Below are positions 38,229 to 47,097 of a stretch of 64,000 nt of DNA, piece by piece. The number at the start of each line of letters is the position of its first letter. Position 1 is the stretch's first letter. Position numbers and translations under genes: made by a program. The DNA is from a bacterium (lineage in GTDB: Bacteria; Orphanbacterota; Orphanbacteria; Orphanbacterales; Orphanbacteraceae): contig JALGYY010000035.1 in assembly GCA_025782575.1 (NCBI GenBank), forward strand, positions 340,670 to 404,669, written 5' to 3'. The notes under the pieces were generated by a model, which did not search any database, was not told where the DNA came from, and saw only the letters and a list, made by a program, of their open reading frames with translations.

Positions 38229-39476
38229 TCAGTTCTCCCCCCTGGAAAAGACAATCGCCGGCAATGAGCGGAGCGACCGCCCACCGGTTCCGAGCAGAAC
38301 ATCCTCGTCACCATATACTTTCTGAGCCACGTATAGCGTGACCGATGCAGAGAGGAGAGTGACCAGGATGACAATGATCGATGGAACGAGCGGCAGGGGA
38401 CCGGTAAGAGTCTGACGAAAAAGTAGAACGACATTCGTAATCGGGATGAGAGCGGTAAGGTTCGTCAGCTCAATACCGCCGGTAGCCCCGAACACCGCCG
38501 GAATGATGGACAGGAAGTAAAAGGGCGCGACATAACTTTGTCCCTCCTTGAAAGTACGGGCGAAAGCCGCCAGCGTGATCATGGCCGACGAGATCAGCGC
38601 GGCAAGCAGTGTGCCGGTCACCAGGATGACAGGAATCGCCATGAGAGGCACGTGGATGAGCGCCCTCTCTTCCTGACCCTCGATCATGCGAAGCATGTGA
38701 GTGAGAGCGATGACCATCCCGATGAGATTCAGCAGCAGAGCGGTCATCGCAGCTGTAACGACCGCCAGGAACTTACCGGCCAGAATGCTCTGGCGCGGAG
38801 CACCGGCGGTCAGGATGCTCTCCACCGTCTTTCGTTCTTTCTCTCCGACAAGCGCGTCTACAGCGGGGTGCATGGCGCCTATGGAAAGCATGATCACCAT
38901 GATGAGAGGGAGCACGAGTGAAAGCAGAAATCGTCCCATCTCTTCACTCGAGGCGACGTTTACTTCAGTGATGAATACGACCTCGATCGTTTCCGGTGTC
39001 TCGCCGTATTCCGTCAGTCGCCGGGAGATCTCATTCTCCCTGTAATCCTTCAGGATCTCATCTATCCGAGACCTCGCTGTAGTGGAACGATCTCGCGAAA
39101 GGTCGTAGTAGGTCTCAATCCTCGGGGGGGATGCGCCGCCGTTCGTGAATCGAATGAAGGCATCCAGTTTGCCCGTTTCCATTTCGGCAAGGGGATCGTC
39201 CGGTGTGAGAAGGAGCAACCGCTCATCGCCCCGAACGAGTTCCGCCAGTCCGGGCAGATTTTCATCTCCCTCCCATGCAAGTCGCGATTGCTGCCGCTCG
39301 AGGCTTCCCGATTGGAACTGAGTCCATTGCAGTATGCCCCAGATGAGGGCGGGGTACAGGAAGAGGGGGATCACCAGTGTGTAAATCAGAGTGTTTCGAT
39401 CGCGGATTGCAGAACGGATTTCGTGGCGAAACACGGTGCCCGTCAAACGGAATCGAGACATGATCACGGGTGACAT
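38229..39476 (-). CDS. ABC-2 family transporter permease
   Basis: NatB-like topology. 2-nt gap to the ATPase gene. Confidence 0.8.
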   Translation of the reverse strand: MSPVIMSRFRLTGTVFRHEIRSAIRDRNTLIYTLVIPLFLYPALIWGILQWTQFQSGSLERQQSRLAWEGDENLPGLAELVRGDERLLLLTPDDPLAEMETGKLDAFIRFTNGGASPPRIETYYDLSRDRSTTARSRIDEILKDYRENEISRRLTEYGETPETIEVVFITEVNVASSEEMGRFLLSLVLPLIMVIMLSIGAMHPAVDALVGEKERKTVESILTAGAPRQSILAGKFLAVVTAAMTALLLNLIGMVIALTHMLRMIEGQEERALIHVPLMAIPVILVTGTLLAALISSAMITLAAFARTFKEGQSYVAPFYFLSIIPAVFGATGGIELTNLTALIPITNVVLLFRQTLTGPLPLVPSIIVILVTLLSASVTLYVAQKVYGDEDVLLGTGGRSLRSLPAIVFSRGEN

Positions 39477-39479
39477 ACC

Positions 39480-40562
39480 TTACCGCCGGTCAGTTCCGGA
39501 GGCTGGAAAGAGTCCCGCGTGTCCCTCGAGAGCAAGGAGCTTCTCTTTACTTTCGAGGCCCCCTGAAAACCCGTGAAGTCTTCCCCGGCTCGAAAGAACC
39601 CGATGACATGGAATCACCAGAGGAAGAGGATTTCCGCCGAGTGCTCCCCCCACGGCCCGCGTCGCACGGGGCCGGCCGATTTTTTCCGCCAGATCGCCGT
39701 AACTCCGGACGGAGCCGAAGGGAATTTCGGCACAGGCCGCGAGCACATCGGACTGGAAAGGGCTCGCATCGATCAGGCGGTAGGGAAACGTGAATTGCTT
39801 TCGATTGCCGGCAAAATACTGATCCAACTCCCGCATGACCGGTTGGAGCCGGCCGGGATCTGAAATCCCCTTCGGCGCGAAACGAGGCACGAGACAGGAC
39901 AACCACTCCCGTTCGGACCGGTTGCCGATCCCGATTCGCACAACCGCCCCGTCGACCATGGCTGCCCAGATCCGTCCGATCGGTGAGTCCGTCGAGCTGT
40001 AGCCGGCGGTCCGATCCGGCTCGGGCCCGTCTTTCTTGAGCCGACGCCGAAGTCGGTTCCGAACAGCTGCAGGAAACGAATTTCGAAACAACTTTTCGAA
40101 AACGCCTTCAGGAGGCCGGCCGGTCTGCTCGGAGAGCCGTTTCAAAAGTCGATTGCTGCGTTTCCTGAGCGTCCCGGGAGTGATCTTGAGAAGTGTAGCC
40201 ATCTTCTCGGATCCCATGACGGGCAGGCTGAAGACCACATGCGCAAGCTTCTCGATTTCCGGGAGATTATTCCAGACCTCCAGAATCTGCGCCGCGGTCC
40301 CTCTCCGAGCGTCCCTCTTCCCTCCGGAGATCGGCTTGTACCGTACTTTCCTGGCACGCTCTCGATAGAGCCTCAAGAGGCGAATGGCAGACTGCAGACT
40401 CTCTGTCCGGTTCGCCCCCCGCTTTCCGCCACTCCAGGATCTGAGGAAGAACTCATGAATCAGATCTTCCGCGTCCAGTGGATCATGTACGAGGAGGAAA
40501 AAGAAAGGGCCCACCCACGTAGACCGATCATCGAAGTCTTTGTCAGGCACCTCTACCTCCAC
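39480..40562 (-). CDS. fusion protein: sigma-70-like region-2/4 HTH N-terminal domain + methylated-DNA-protein-cysteine methyltransferase (Ogt/MGMT) C-terminal domain
   Basis: C-terminus has the MGMT DNA-binding and active-site motif (VIPCHRVL). N-terminus has an ECF-sigma-like r2 region (DAEDLIHEFFLRSW) and an r4-like HTH (EKMATLLKITPGTLRKRSNRLLKRL). 3-nt gap to the ABC permease gene. The printed A-run near 40497-40505 is one nt shorter than the ORF track implies. Confidence 0.7.
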   Translation of the reverse strand: MEVEVPDKDFDDRSTWVGPFFFLLVHDPLDAEDLIHEFFLRSWSGGKRGANRTESLQSAIRLLRLYRERARKVRYKPISGGKRDARRGTAAQILEVWNNLPEIEKLAHVVFSLPVMGSEKMATLLKITPGTLRKRSNRLLKRLSEQTGRPPEGVFEKLFRNSFPAAVRNRLRRRLKKDGPEPDRTAGYSSTDSPIGRIWAAMVDGAVVRIGIGNRSEREWLSCLVPRFAPKGISDPGRLQPVMRELDQYFAGNRKQFTFPYRLIDASPFQSDVLAACAEIPFGSVRSYGDLAEKIGRPRATRAVGGALGGNPLPLVIPCHRVLSSRGRLHGFSGGLESKEKLLALEGHAGLFPASGTDRR

Positions 40563-41016
40563 CGGCTCAGATCCAGAGTTAGAAACTACATTAACAAGAG
40601 AGATCGCGGGCGGAAAGGCGAATTGTTCGAGCGGTCAATGCACGGAATAGAAAACGGTTGCTCCCGGGACCGGCGAAGTCGCGCGAGTTCAGGTTTTACA
40701 TGAACTCGATAGTCAGAATCGTTTATATATGATCCAATCAATTCGACGAAACCGACTTTCGATGCTATACTTTGAATGAGAATCACATCAGCCTCCCCCA
40801 GCAAGTCTCCCAGGGTAGGAGGAGATGGCGTCCCCTTCGGCGCCGCAAACAAACACACTGAAAAAATTTGTTGAGCAGGCAATTGAAGACGCTTGGTAGA
40901 GCGATCGCTGCGGTTGTCGTGGCTCCGGTTACCCGACCCACTTAAACGGATTACCCCCTGGTTGCGAGGTCTAGAGCCAGCGCTTCAGGCGGCGATCGCT
41001 CCCTTATTCGCGATCT

Positions 41017-42429
41017 TCAATGTGAGTCTGCGGAAGTTTTTCGATTCGACCGCCTGCCCCGTTTCCCGGTGCCCCTCGAAACAAGATCAAGACGGTATTT
41101 CTTGAAGAGATGCCACATGCTCCGTTCACTCATGCCTAGTTTTCGTGCCGCGCGCGCCTGGACCCAACTGCACCGATTGAGGGCATCGATCAGGACGCCT
41201 CTCTCAAATTCGGAGACCCGCTTCTGAAACGAAGGGACCTCATCGACTGTAGTCCGGCCGCCGCCGGCCGATCCCTGGATCGTGCCGGGAAGATCGCCCG
41301 GTGTCAGGTAGGGTCCTTCGCCGATCACGACAGCACGTTCGACCGTGTTCTCCAGCTCCCGAATATTGCCCGGCCACTCATGCCTCATCAGGATATCGAG
41401 GACATCCTCCGCCACTTTTTTCCTCTCCAGGCCGTTCGCCCTGCAATAACGGGTGATGAAATGCTCCACCAGAATCGGAATGTCTTCCCGCCTCTCCCTG
41501 AGGGGGGGGATCGAAATGTTGATCACATTCAATCGGTAGTATAGATCGGAACGAAAACGCCCTTCACGAATCTCACGCGAAAGATCCTTGTTCGTCGCCG
41601 CGATCACTCTCACGTCGGCGGGTATCGGGTGAGTCCCCCCCACCCTCTCGATTTCACGTTCCTGTAGTGTGCGCAGCACTTTCGCCTGAGTAAGAAGGCT
41701 CATGTCACCGATCTCGTCCAGAAAGATTGTTCCGCCATCAGCTCTCTCGAATTTCCCGATCCTCTTGTCTACAAGAGTCGCCGTGTTCTTTTCGATGCCG
41801 AAAAGTTCACTTTCCAGTAGCGATTCCGGAATGGCGGCGCAATTGACTTTGATAAAGGGGCCGTCCCGACGCTTTCCCTCCAGGTGAATCATTGAAGCGA
41901 CCAGCTCTTTCCCGGTGCCGCTCTCTCCGAGGATGAGGACAGAGGATCTGACGTTCAAGACCTTACGGGCACTGGCGAGTACCCGGCGAATCCCCTCTGA
42001 TTCCCCGATGATCTCGTTCGGCTTCTGGATTCCGGGCAAGCGGGTTCTATCGACCGGTCTGCGCGCGATCATCGGATTGTCACGCCTCACTGCGAGATTG
42101 ACGAGATAGGGAAGTGCGGAAAGTTCGTCCTCCGGCAAAACCAGCGCCGACCGGCTGTCCAGCACGCCGCCGGAATCCAGGTAGTCAGGTGTAATCCAGA
42201 CGACCGGAACATCGGACAGCCGCCTGCTTCTCCAGCTTCGAAAGATAGGATCATCAGCTAGATCCGCGCTGGCCACCACCAGGATCGGCTTCGGAACGAG
42301 ATCCGTCCCGGGGAGATCGTAGGAATGAGTGACGACAGAGAAGTCTGTCTCTTCGGGCGCCTTGCCACGTAGGGAAGAGTGAATCCGCTCGGCTTCGGCG
42401 CCGCACAGCAGAATGTGATGTCCCATCAT
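41017..42429 (-). CDS. sigma-54-dependent transcriptional activator (degenerate receiver-like N-terminus + AAA+ + HTH)
   Basis: GESGTGKE Walker A, GAFTGA-like region (ESELFGIEKN), C-terminal HTH (AARKLGMSERSMWHLFKKY). N-terminal domain lacks an obvious phospho-acceptor Asp. Confidence 0.85.
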   Translation of the reverse strand: MMGHHILLCGAEAERIHSSLRGKAPEETDFSVVTHSYDLPGTDLVPKPILVVASADLADDPIFRSWRSRRLSDVPVVWITPDYLDSGGVLDSRSALVLPEDELSALPYLVNLAVRRDNPMIARRPVDRTRLPGIQKPNEIIGESEGIRRVLASARKVLNVRSSVLILGESGTGKELVASMIHLEGKRRDGPFIKVNCAAIPESLLESELFGIEKNTATLVDKRIGKFERADGGTIFLDEIGDMSLLTQAKVLRTLQEREIERVGGTHPIPADVRVIAATNKDLSREIREGRFRSDLYYRLNVINISIPPLRERREDIPILVEHFITRYCRANGLERKKVAEDVLDILMRHEWPGNIRELENTVERAVVIGEGPYLTPGDLPGTIQGSAGGGRTTVDEVPSFQKRVSEFERGVLIDALNRCSWVQARAARKLGMSERSMWHLFKKYRLDLVSRGTGKRGRRSNRKTSADSH

Positions 42430-42610
42430 GGCGTATCTCGATGTCTGAGTCTGGGAGCGACAGAAACCGGTGGGGTCCGGAGAGAACCTGGGCACAATTT
42501 ACACCATCATTATACCCGAGAGCCTCCCCGCCTGTCAAAGAGAAGTGGGGACGAGGTATCCACTCTGGTACCGGGGAGGGCGACTTCTGATATCAGGACG
42601 AATCAGGGTG

Positions 42611-42640
42611 TTGACAAACGATAGGGCTGTTTTCTATCCT
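42611..42640 (+). promoter_or_regulatory. candidate sigma-70 promoter for tRNA-Glu (TTGACA-N18-TATCCT)
   Basis: Perfect -35 hexamer about 45 nt upstream of the tRNA 5' end. Confidence 0.3.
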
Positions 42641-42658
42641 ATGGATCCGCTTCAAATG

Positions 42659-42731
42659 GTCCCCATCGTCTAGTGGCCTAGGACATCGCCCTTTCACGGC
42701 GGGAACAGGGGTTCGACTCCCCTTGGGGACG
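42659..42731 (+). tRNA. tRNA-Glu (anticodon UUC)
   Basis: Near-identical to canonical bacterial tRNA-Glu. Anticodon loop ctTTCac. No encoded CCA. Confidence 0.9.
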
Positions 42732-42990
42732 CTTCATCGTTATCGATCCGGCACAGCCTACTCCGGCTCGGGATCACTCCCCACCACCAGAGCGGCTCCA
42801 GCTCTTTCTTCTCCGGCCAGATCTGATTGAGGGTTTCTCCCTCGAACACCTCACCGTTATTGATCACGAAAGCCACGGAATTCGTATTGCGAATGTTCTC
42901 GAGTGGATTGCGATTCAGAATGACGAGATCGGCGAGCTTACCCTGTTCGATGCTTCCGAGATCATCCGCCAGCCCGAGCTGTCCCGCGCC
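42697..42990 (-). pseudogene. C-terminal fragment of an amidohydrolase-family gene (N-terminal roughly 300 codons absent)
   Basis: Only the terminal TP..AL..AT..A..LGL.DDLGSIExGKLADLVILxxNPLENI...VxNGEVF module is present. The ORF runs on into the opposite-strand tRNA-Glu before meeting a stop. Confidence 0.5.
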
Positions 42991-43109
42991 ATCCAGTGTG
43001 GCGGTGGGAGTCGGCGACTCGGAATAACTAGCGAAATGGATTCGTCTCAAGGAACACGTAAGAGAATTCCCTGCCCTGATCGTCGTATATGATTCTTGAG
43101 ATGCACGGG

Positions 43110-44141
43110 TCAACCGAAAAGAGCCTCTGCCGCTTTCCATGTATCTCTGTCGACGAGTTTGAATCCGGCAACAGCTTCCTCGAGCGGGGTGAGTCCGATC
43201 GTCTCGCCCCGAAGGGCGACCATCTTTCCGAAACCGCCTCGATGAACAGCGTCGATCGCCGCTACGCCGAAACGTGTACCGAGGACCCGATCGAAAGCAA
43301 CGGGAGGACCGCCGCGCTGCACATAGCCGAGCACGGTCGCCCTCGTCTGGATTCCGGTCTGCTCGGCAATCCGGTTCGCCAGCAAAGGCCCCGCCCCGCC
43401 CAGCATGACGTTTCCGAATGCGTCCAGTTCCTTGTGCTGGGTGATCAGGTTGGGTGTCGCGTCCCGCTCATGAGCTCCCTCGGCCACAACAAGGACGGCG
43501 TGTCCCTTCCGGTCGTGACAACTCTTGAGAGTGGCGCAGACCTCGTCCAGGTCGAACGGGAATTCGGGCACCAGAATCAGGTCCGCCCCGGCAGCCATTC
43601 CGGATTCCAGCGCGATCCATCCGGCATGACGGCCCATCACCTCGAGAACCATGAAACGGTGATGAGAGGCGGCTGTAGTCCTCAGCCGGTCCGCAGCCTC
43701 CGTCGCGATCGTAACAGCGGTCTGGAATCCGAATGTGTAGTCGGTTCCTCGGAGGTCATTGTCGATCGTCTTAGGTACGCCGACAGTGGGGTAGCCCTCT
43801 CTATGAAGACCGAGACAGACGCCTAGAGTGTCGTCCCCCCCGACTGCGATCACACCATCGAGCCCGGCTCCTCGTATGGTCTCCTCGATCTTCGTCATCA
43901 TCCCGGAGTCTCCGATCGGGTTGGTCCGGGACGTGCCTAGAATCGTTCCGCCAAGGTCGATAACACCAGCGACATCTTCGTATCCAAGCGGAGCCATCTC
44001 GTCGTCGACGAGGCCCCGCCAGCCGTTTCGGATTCCGACGACTTCATCGCCGTATTGTTTGATCGCCCGCACGGTGACGGCTCGAATGACAGCGTTCAGC
44101 CCGGGGCAATCTCCGCCTCCGGTGAGAATTCCGATCTTCAT
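43110..44141 (-). CDS. pfk: 6-phosphofructokinase
   Basis: IGILTGGGDCPGLNAVIR and PGDDT... (GGDGS-like) motifs. AGGAGG RBS 9 nt before the ATG. Confidence 0.85.
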   Translation of the reverse strand: MKIGILTGGGDCPGLNAVIRAVTVRAIKQYGDEVVGIRNGWRGLVDDEMAPLGYEDVAGVIDLGGTILGTSRTNPIGDSGMMTKIEETIRGAGLDGVIAVGGDDTLGVCLGLHREGYPTVGVPKTIDNDLRGTDYTFGFQTAVTIATEAADRLRTTAASHHRFMVLEVMGRHAGWIALESGMAAGADLILVPEFPFDLDEVCATLKSCHDRKGHAVLVVAEGAHERDATPNLITQHKELDAFGNVMLGGAGPLLANRIAEQTGIQTRATVLGYVQRGGPPVAFDRVLGTRFGVAAIDAVHRGGFGKMVALRGETIGLTPLEEAVAGFKLVDRDTWKAAEALFG

Positions 44142-44324
44142 CTCCATATGCCTCCTGTACAGCCTGGGTTTCCGGAGAGCATTGTGAATTCCGGCGCTCC
44201 CGTCAACCTTCCCATCCGATCTATCCCCCCTCCGCTTGACACCCCTTGGGCAACTCTCTAGGTTCCAGGTAGGGAGGGTGCGACGCATTCTCAATCTGGG
44301 TCCATTCAAAAGAGGAGGGTCACC

Positions 44325-45041
44325 GTGCTATCGAATCTTCTCCGTCATCGTCAATCGTTCTCCTCCCCTCTTGTTCTGTTGCTCCTGATCGCCGTCCCCC
44401 CCCTGATCTGTCCGATCGAACTATCCGCGAAAGATAAGGACTCCCCCCAACCACGGCCCACTGAGCGGGCCACCCCGTTCAACCTGGACTCCCCTTCCCA
44501 GATCAGGGACATCCCATCGGGATTCCTTTTCCACGGAGATGATTACGTCGCCGAGTTTCTGCCCGAGGGCGTCATCTGGAAATGGGGTGACGGAACGAAC
44601 CAGTACGCTTTCTGGGTCGTCGAAGTTCGCGGATCGCGAGGACAGATATTCTGGACCCGAAGCAAAGAATCGGGAGATTTTCGAATCGATGGCGATCGAA
44701 TTCTTTACGAGAGAACAACATTGATTCATGAGATGTACGAGGGAGACCGGGAAGGGGTAACACAGTTCTGGTACTTTGAAGACAACCCGCTATGGGAAGG
44801 GGGCAATCTGGAAATCGTCGGGGAGCTGCTGACCAAGCTCCAGGTTCGGGTGGAAGAAGGGATGATTCAGTTCTATGACGGGGAGGAAAAGTGGGCCGGC
44901 TCGTTTTTCGAGATAAACGCAACCGATCGGAACGGACGACTGCTCGCACTCTCACCCAACCTGGACGGGAAGACCGTCTCGCTCAGTGTGCCAGCCACCT
45001 GGTTATACGAATTGAACAGTGCGAGCGCCGAGGACAGATGA
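44325..45041 (+). CDS. hypothetical secreted protein
   Basis: GTG start 5 nt after AGAGGAGGG. N-terminal hydrophobic signal-like segment. No motif recognised. Confidence 0.5.
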   Translation: MLSNLLRHRQSFSSPLVLLLLIAVPPLICPIELSAKDKDSPQPRPTERATPFNLDSPSQIRDIPSGFLFHGDDYVAEFLPEGVIWKWGDGTNQYAFWVVEVRGSRGQIFWTRSKESGDFRIDGDRILYERTTLIHEMYEGDREGVTQFWYFEDNPLWEGGNLEIVGELLTKLQVRVEEGMIQFYDGEEKWAGSFFEINATDRNGRLLALSPNLDGKTVSLSVPATWLYELNSASAEDR

Positions 45042-45077
45042 GTAAAGCCGGCGACGGATGGTGCCCTGGAATGCAGT

Positions 45078-46418
45078 CTAGACATGAGGGTAGGTGCCTC
45101 CCCCCTCGGCCTCGCGACACTGCCCTTCCCAGATCAGGCGGATCAGACCCTCCGCACCTGAAGGGGCATGGAGTTCCGGTGCGCCGGACTCTTCTTTGAT
45201 TCTTGTCGGGGAATAGTCGTCGAGAAGCAGTCCATTGGCCCGCGAAACCATTTCTGACGGAATCACAACCGGATACCCTGCGCCCCTTTCCCTGATGGCC
45301 TCAGCCGTGTCCGCTCCGCCGAGCAGTCCCGCAACGTTGATCGCAGATCCCAGATACCGGTTTTCTACATCCACCAGCCTGGCGTCGATCCCATGATCTC
45401 GCCGGAGCCGTTCGAGGTGTTGCTCGAGGATCGGTGCGAAGAGCTTGCCGGTAACCACGGCAATTTTCGCAAGGGCGGGGGTCTGCCCCCTCAATTCGTT
45501 CAGCGTCCTCGAGAAGGATTCGCTGAACGCCCGGACCATACCGACCCCATCCTCATATTGGTCGAATTCTTCATAGTAGTCGGCCTCCGGGATCGGCAAT
45601 TCAGCTTTCAAGTAAAACTCGTCGCCCGGAAATACGAATCGGGTCTGGTGTTGCGCCATCATGGACTTCTGGTGATCGTGAATGCGCTCGAGGACCGCAC
45701 GGGCCACCTCACGAGTTACCGGCTGGAGAAGCGGATCTTCGGGCCTGTGCTCGGACAGCCCGAGCGGAACTACCGCCACGGCCTTTACGCCCGGGTAGTA
45801 CGCTGCCAGAGTATCCAGCGTTTCGTCCAGTACGGCCCCATCGTTCAGAGTCGGGCAGAGGACAATCTGCCCGTAAAGTTCGATTCCGCCGGCGAGCAGC
45901 TTCTCCATCGTGGGAATGAGCGGCCTCTTGGGCGGCCTCCCCAGAATGACAGCCCGAACTTCCGGATCGGTCGCATGTACGGAGACGTAGAGAGGCGAGA
46001 GACGTTGTTCCAGGATTCGATCAATATCTCGATCCTTGAGCGTATTCAACGTCATGTAGTTCCCGTGGAGAAATGAGAGGCGGAAATCCTCATCCTTCAC
46101 TTTGAGGGTAGGCCGGACACCTGCCGGAAGTTGGTCGATGAAGCAGAAGATGCACTTGCTCCCGCACAGCTTCGTCCTCATCTGCTCGAAATTGACTCCA
46201 CGCATGGGAAGAGGTTGCTCATCGATAGAGAGTGAGAGCTTTTCGGCCCCGCGGAGGAGGTCAAGCTCCAGTTCGCCGTCCGAGGCATGAAAACGAACAT
46301 CGAGATGATCGTTAACTTCCCGGCCGTTGATCGTGAGCAGCCGATCACCGGCGCAGGCACCTGCCTCCCGTAGTGGCGAGTCCTGGTCAAGGCTCTCGAT
46401 TTGCACTCCAGCAGCCAA
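45078..46418 (-). CDS. PDZ-domain radical-SAM-like Fe-S protein (DUF512/TIGR03279-like)
   Basis: N-terminal PDZ (GVQIESLDQDSPLREAGACAGDRLLTING) followed by CxxxCxxC (CGSKCIFC). TTG start after AAGGAGAG. Confidence 0.7.
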   Translation of the reverse strand: MAAGVQIESLDQDSPLREAGACAGDRLLTINGREVNDHLDVRFHASDGELELDLLRGAEKLSLSIDEQPLPMRGVNFEQMRTKLCGSKCIFCFIDQLPAGVRPTLKVKDEDFRLSFLHGNYMTLNTLKDRDIDRILEQRLSPLYVSVHATDPEVRAVILGRPPKRPLIPTMEKLLAGGIELYGQIVLCPTLNDGAVLDETLDTLAAYYPGVKAVAVVPLGLSEHRPEDPLLQPVTREVARAVLERIHDHQKSMMAQHQTRFVFPGDEFYLKAELPIPEADYYEEFDQYEDGVGMVRAFSESFSRTLNELRGQTPALAKIAVVTGKLFAPILEQHLERLRRDHGIDARLVDVENRYLGSAINVAGLLGGADTAEAIRERGAGYPVVIPSEMVSRANGLLLDDYSPTRIKEESGAPELHAPSGAEGLIRLIWEGQCREAEGGGTYPHV

Positions 46419-46745
46419 CTCTACTCTCCTTGTTCTCTAGTAATATTAGCCTCGCAGAGGATGACCGCGCAATGCCCACGTTCCATGCGATCTGCAATCC
46501 GGGGCCACCCGAAATGCAACTGAGTCCTGAGGAAATTCAGGGTGAATGAGCGAGGATTCGACTGAACCGGACACGCCTCCCCGGGGACCTCGGAAGAGAT
46601 AATTTCCAGGGCAGCGGAATCTCTTCGGCGACAACCATTTAGAGCCCCTCCCCATCTGAGCGACCGGAATTGGCACAGTGTATGCCACTTCTTCAACCAG
46701 GAAACCTCGGAGATCAAGCCAAACACCAGGAGGAGGTCCCTTAGC

Positions 46746-47000
46746 ATGAACGTAAGAACCGCGCTGATCTTGGCGCTCATCGGCTGCCTGTTTGCCCCTG
46801 CCGTCTTCGCTAGCCAGGATAGGGGAGCACAGGAGGCGACGAGCGGCTTCGGTATTGAACGGGAAACGCAACTCAATGTGTTCTCCCAGGGGAACGATCA
46901 GAACTCCGTTAGCCGTCTCGGCATTTTCGGCAATCTGTTCCGTCTCCAGATCGAAGCCATGTTCCGGTATCTATCAGCATGGAGCAGTATCTGGACGTAA
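46746..47000 (+). CDS. small secreted protein, hypothetical (84 aa)
   Basis: Signal peptide MNVRTALILALIGCLFAPAVFA. AGGAGGAGG RBS. Confidence 0.45.
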   Translation: MNVRTALILALIGCLFAPAVFASQDRGAQEATSGFGIERETQLNVFSQGNDQNSVSRLGIFGNLFRLQIEAMFRYLSAWSSIWT

Positions 47001-47032
47001 GAAAGAGGCGAATGATCGGACTCGCTGCGAGT

Positions 47033-47080
47033 CAGAATTAAAGGCGGCGGGCCTTCGTGGCCCACCGCCTTCGCCTATTT
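47033..47080. terminator. bidirectional terminator hairpin between convergent genes
   Basis: GGCGGCGGGCC-ttcgt-GGCCCACCGCC stem flanked by an A/T-rich tract on one side and a T-tract on the other. Confidence 0.45.
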
Positions 47081-47097
47081 CAGGATTTGCTCCCTAC

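Noticed and set aside
40352-40370. TGGCAC motifs at 40346 and 63318, and several other tggca sites, as sigma-54 promoters
   Set aside because: Spacing to a downstream GC dinucleotide is wrong (not N10), or they lie inside coding sequence on the wrong strand.
40497-40505. Apparent frameshift in the sigma-like/MGMT gene
   Set aside because: The printed sequence, as read here, has one fewer A in this run than the ORF-track translation (GPFFFLL) requires. Treated as a homopolymer transcription discrepancy, not a pseudogene.
42694-43140. 148-aa ORF as an intact gene
   Set aside because: Only the C-terminal ~75 residues resemble a protein family (amidohydrolase C-terminus). The N-terminal part is non-homologous, and the ORF overlaps tRNA-Glu. 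Called a gene fragment.
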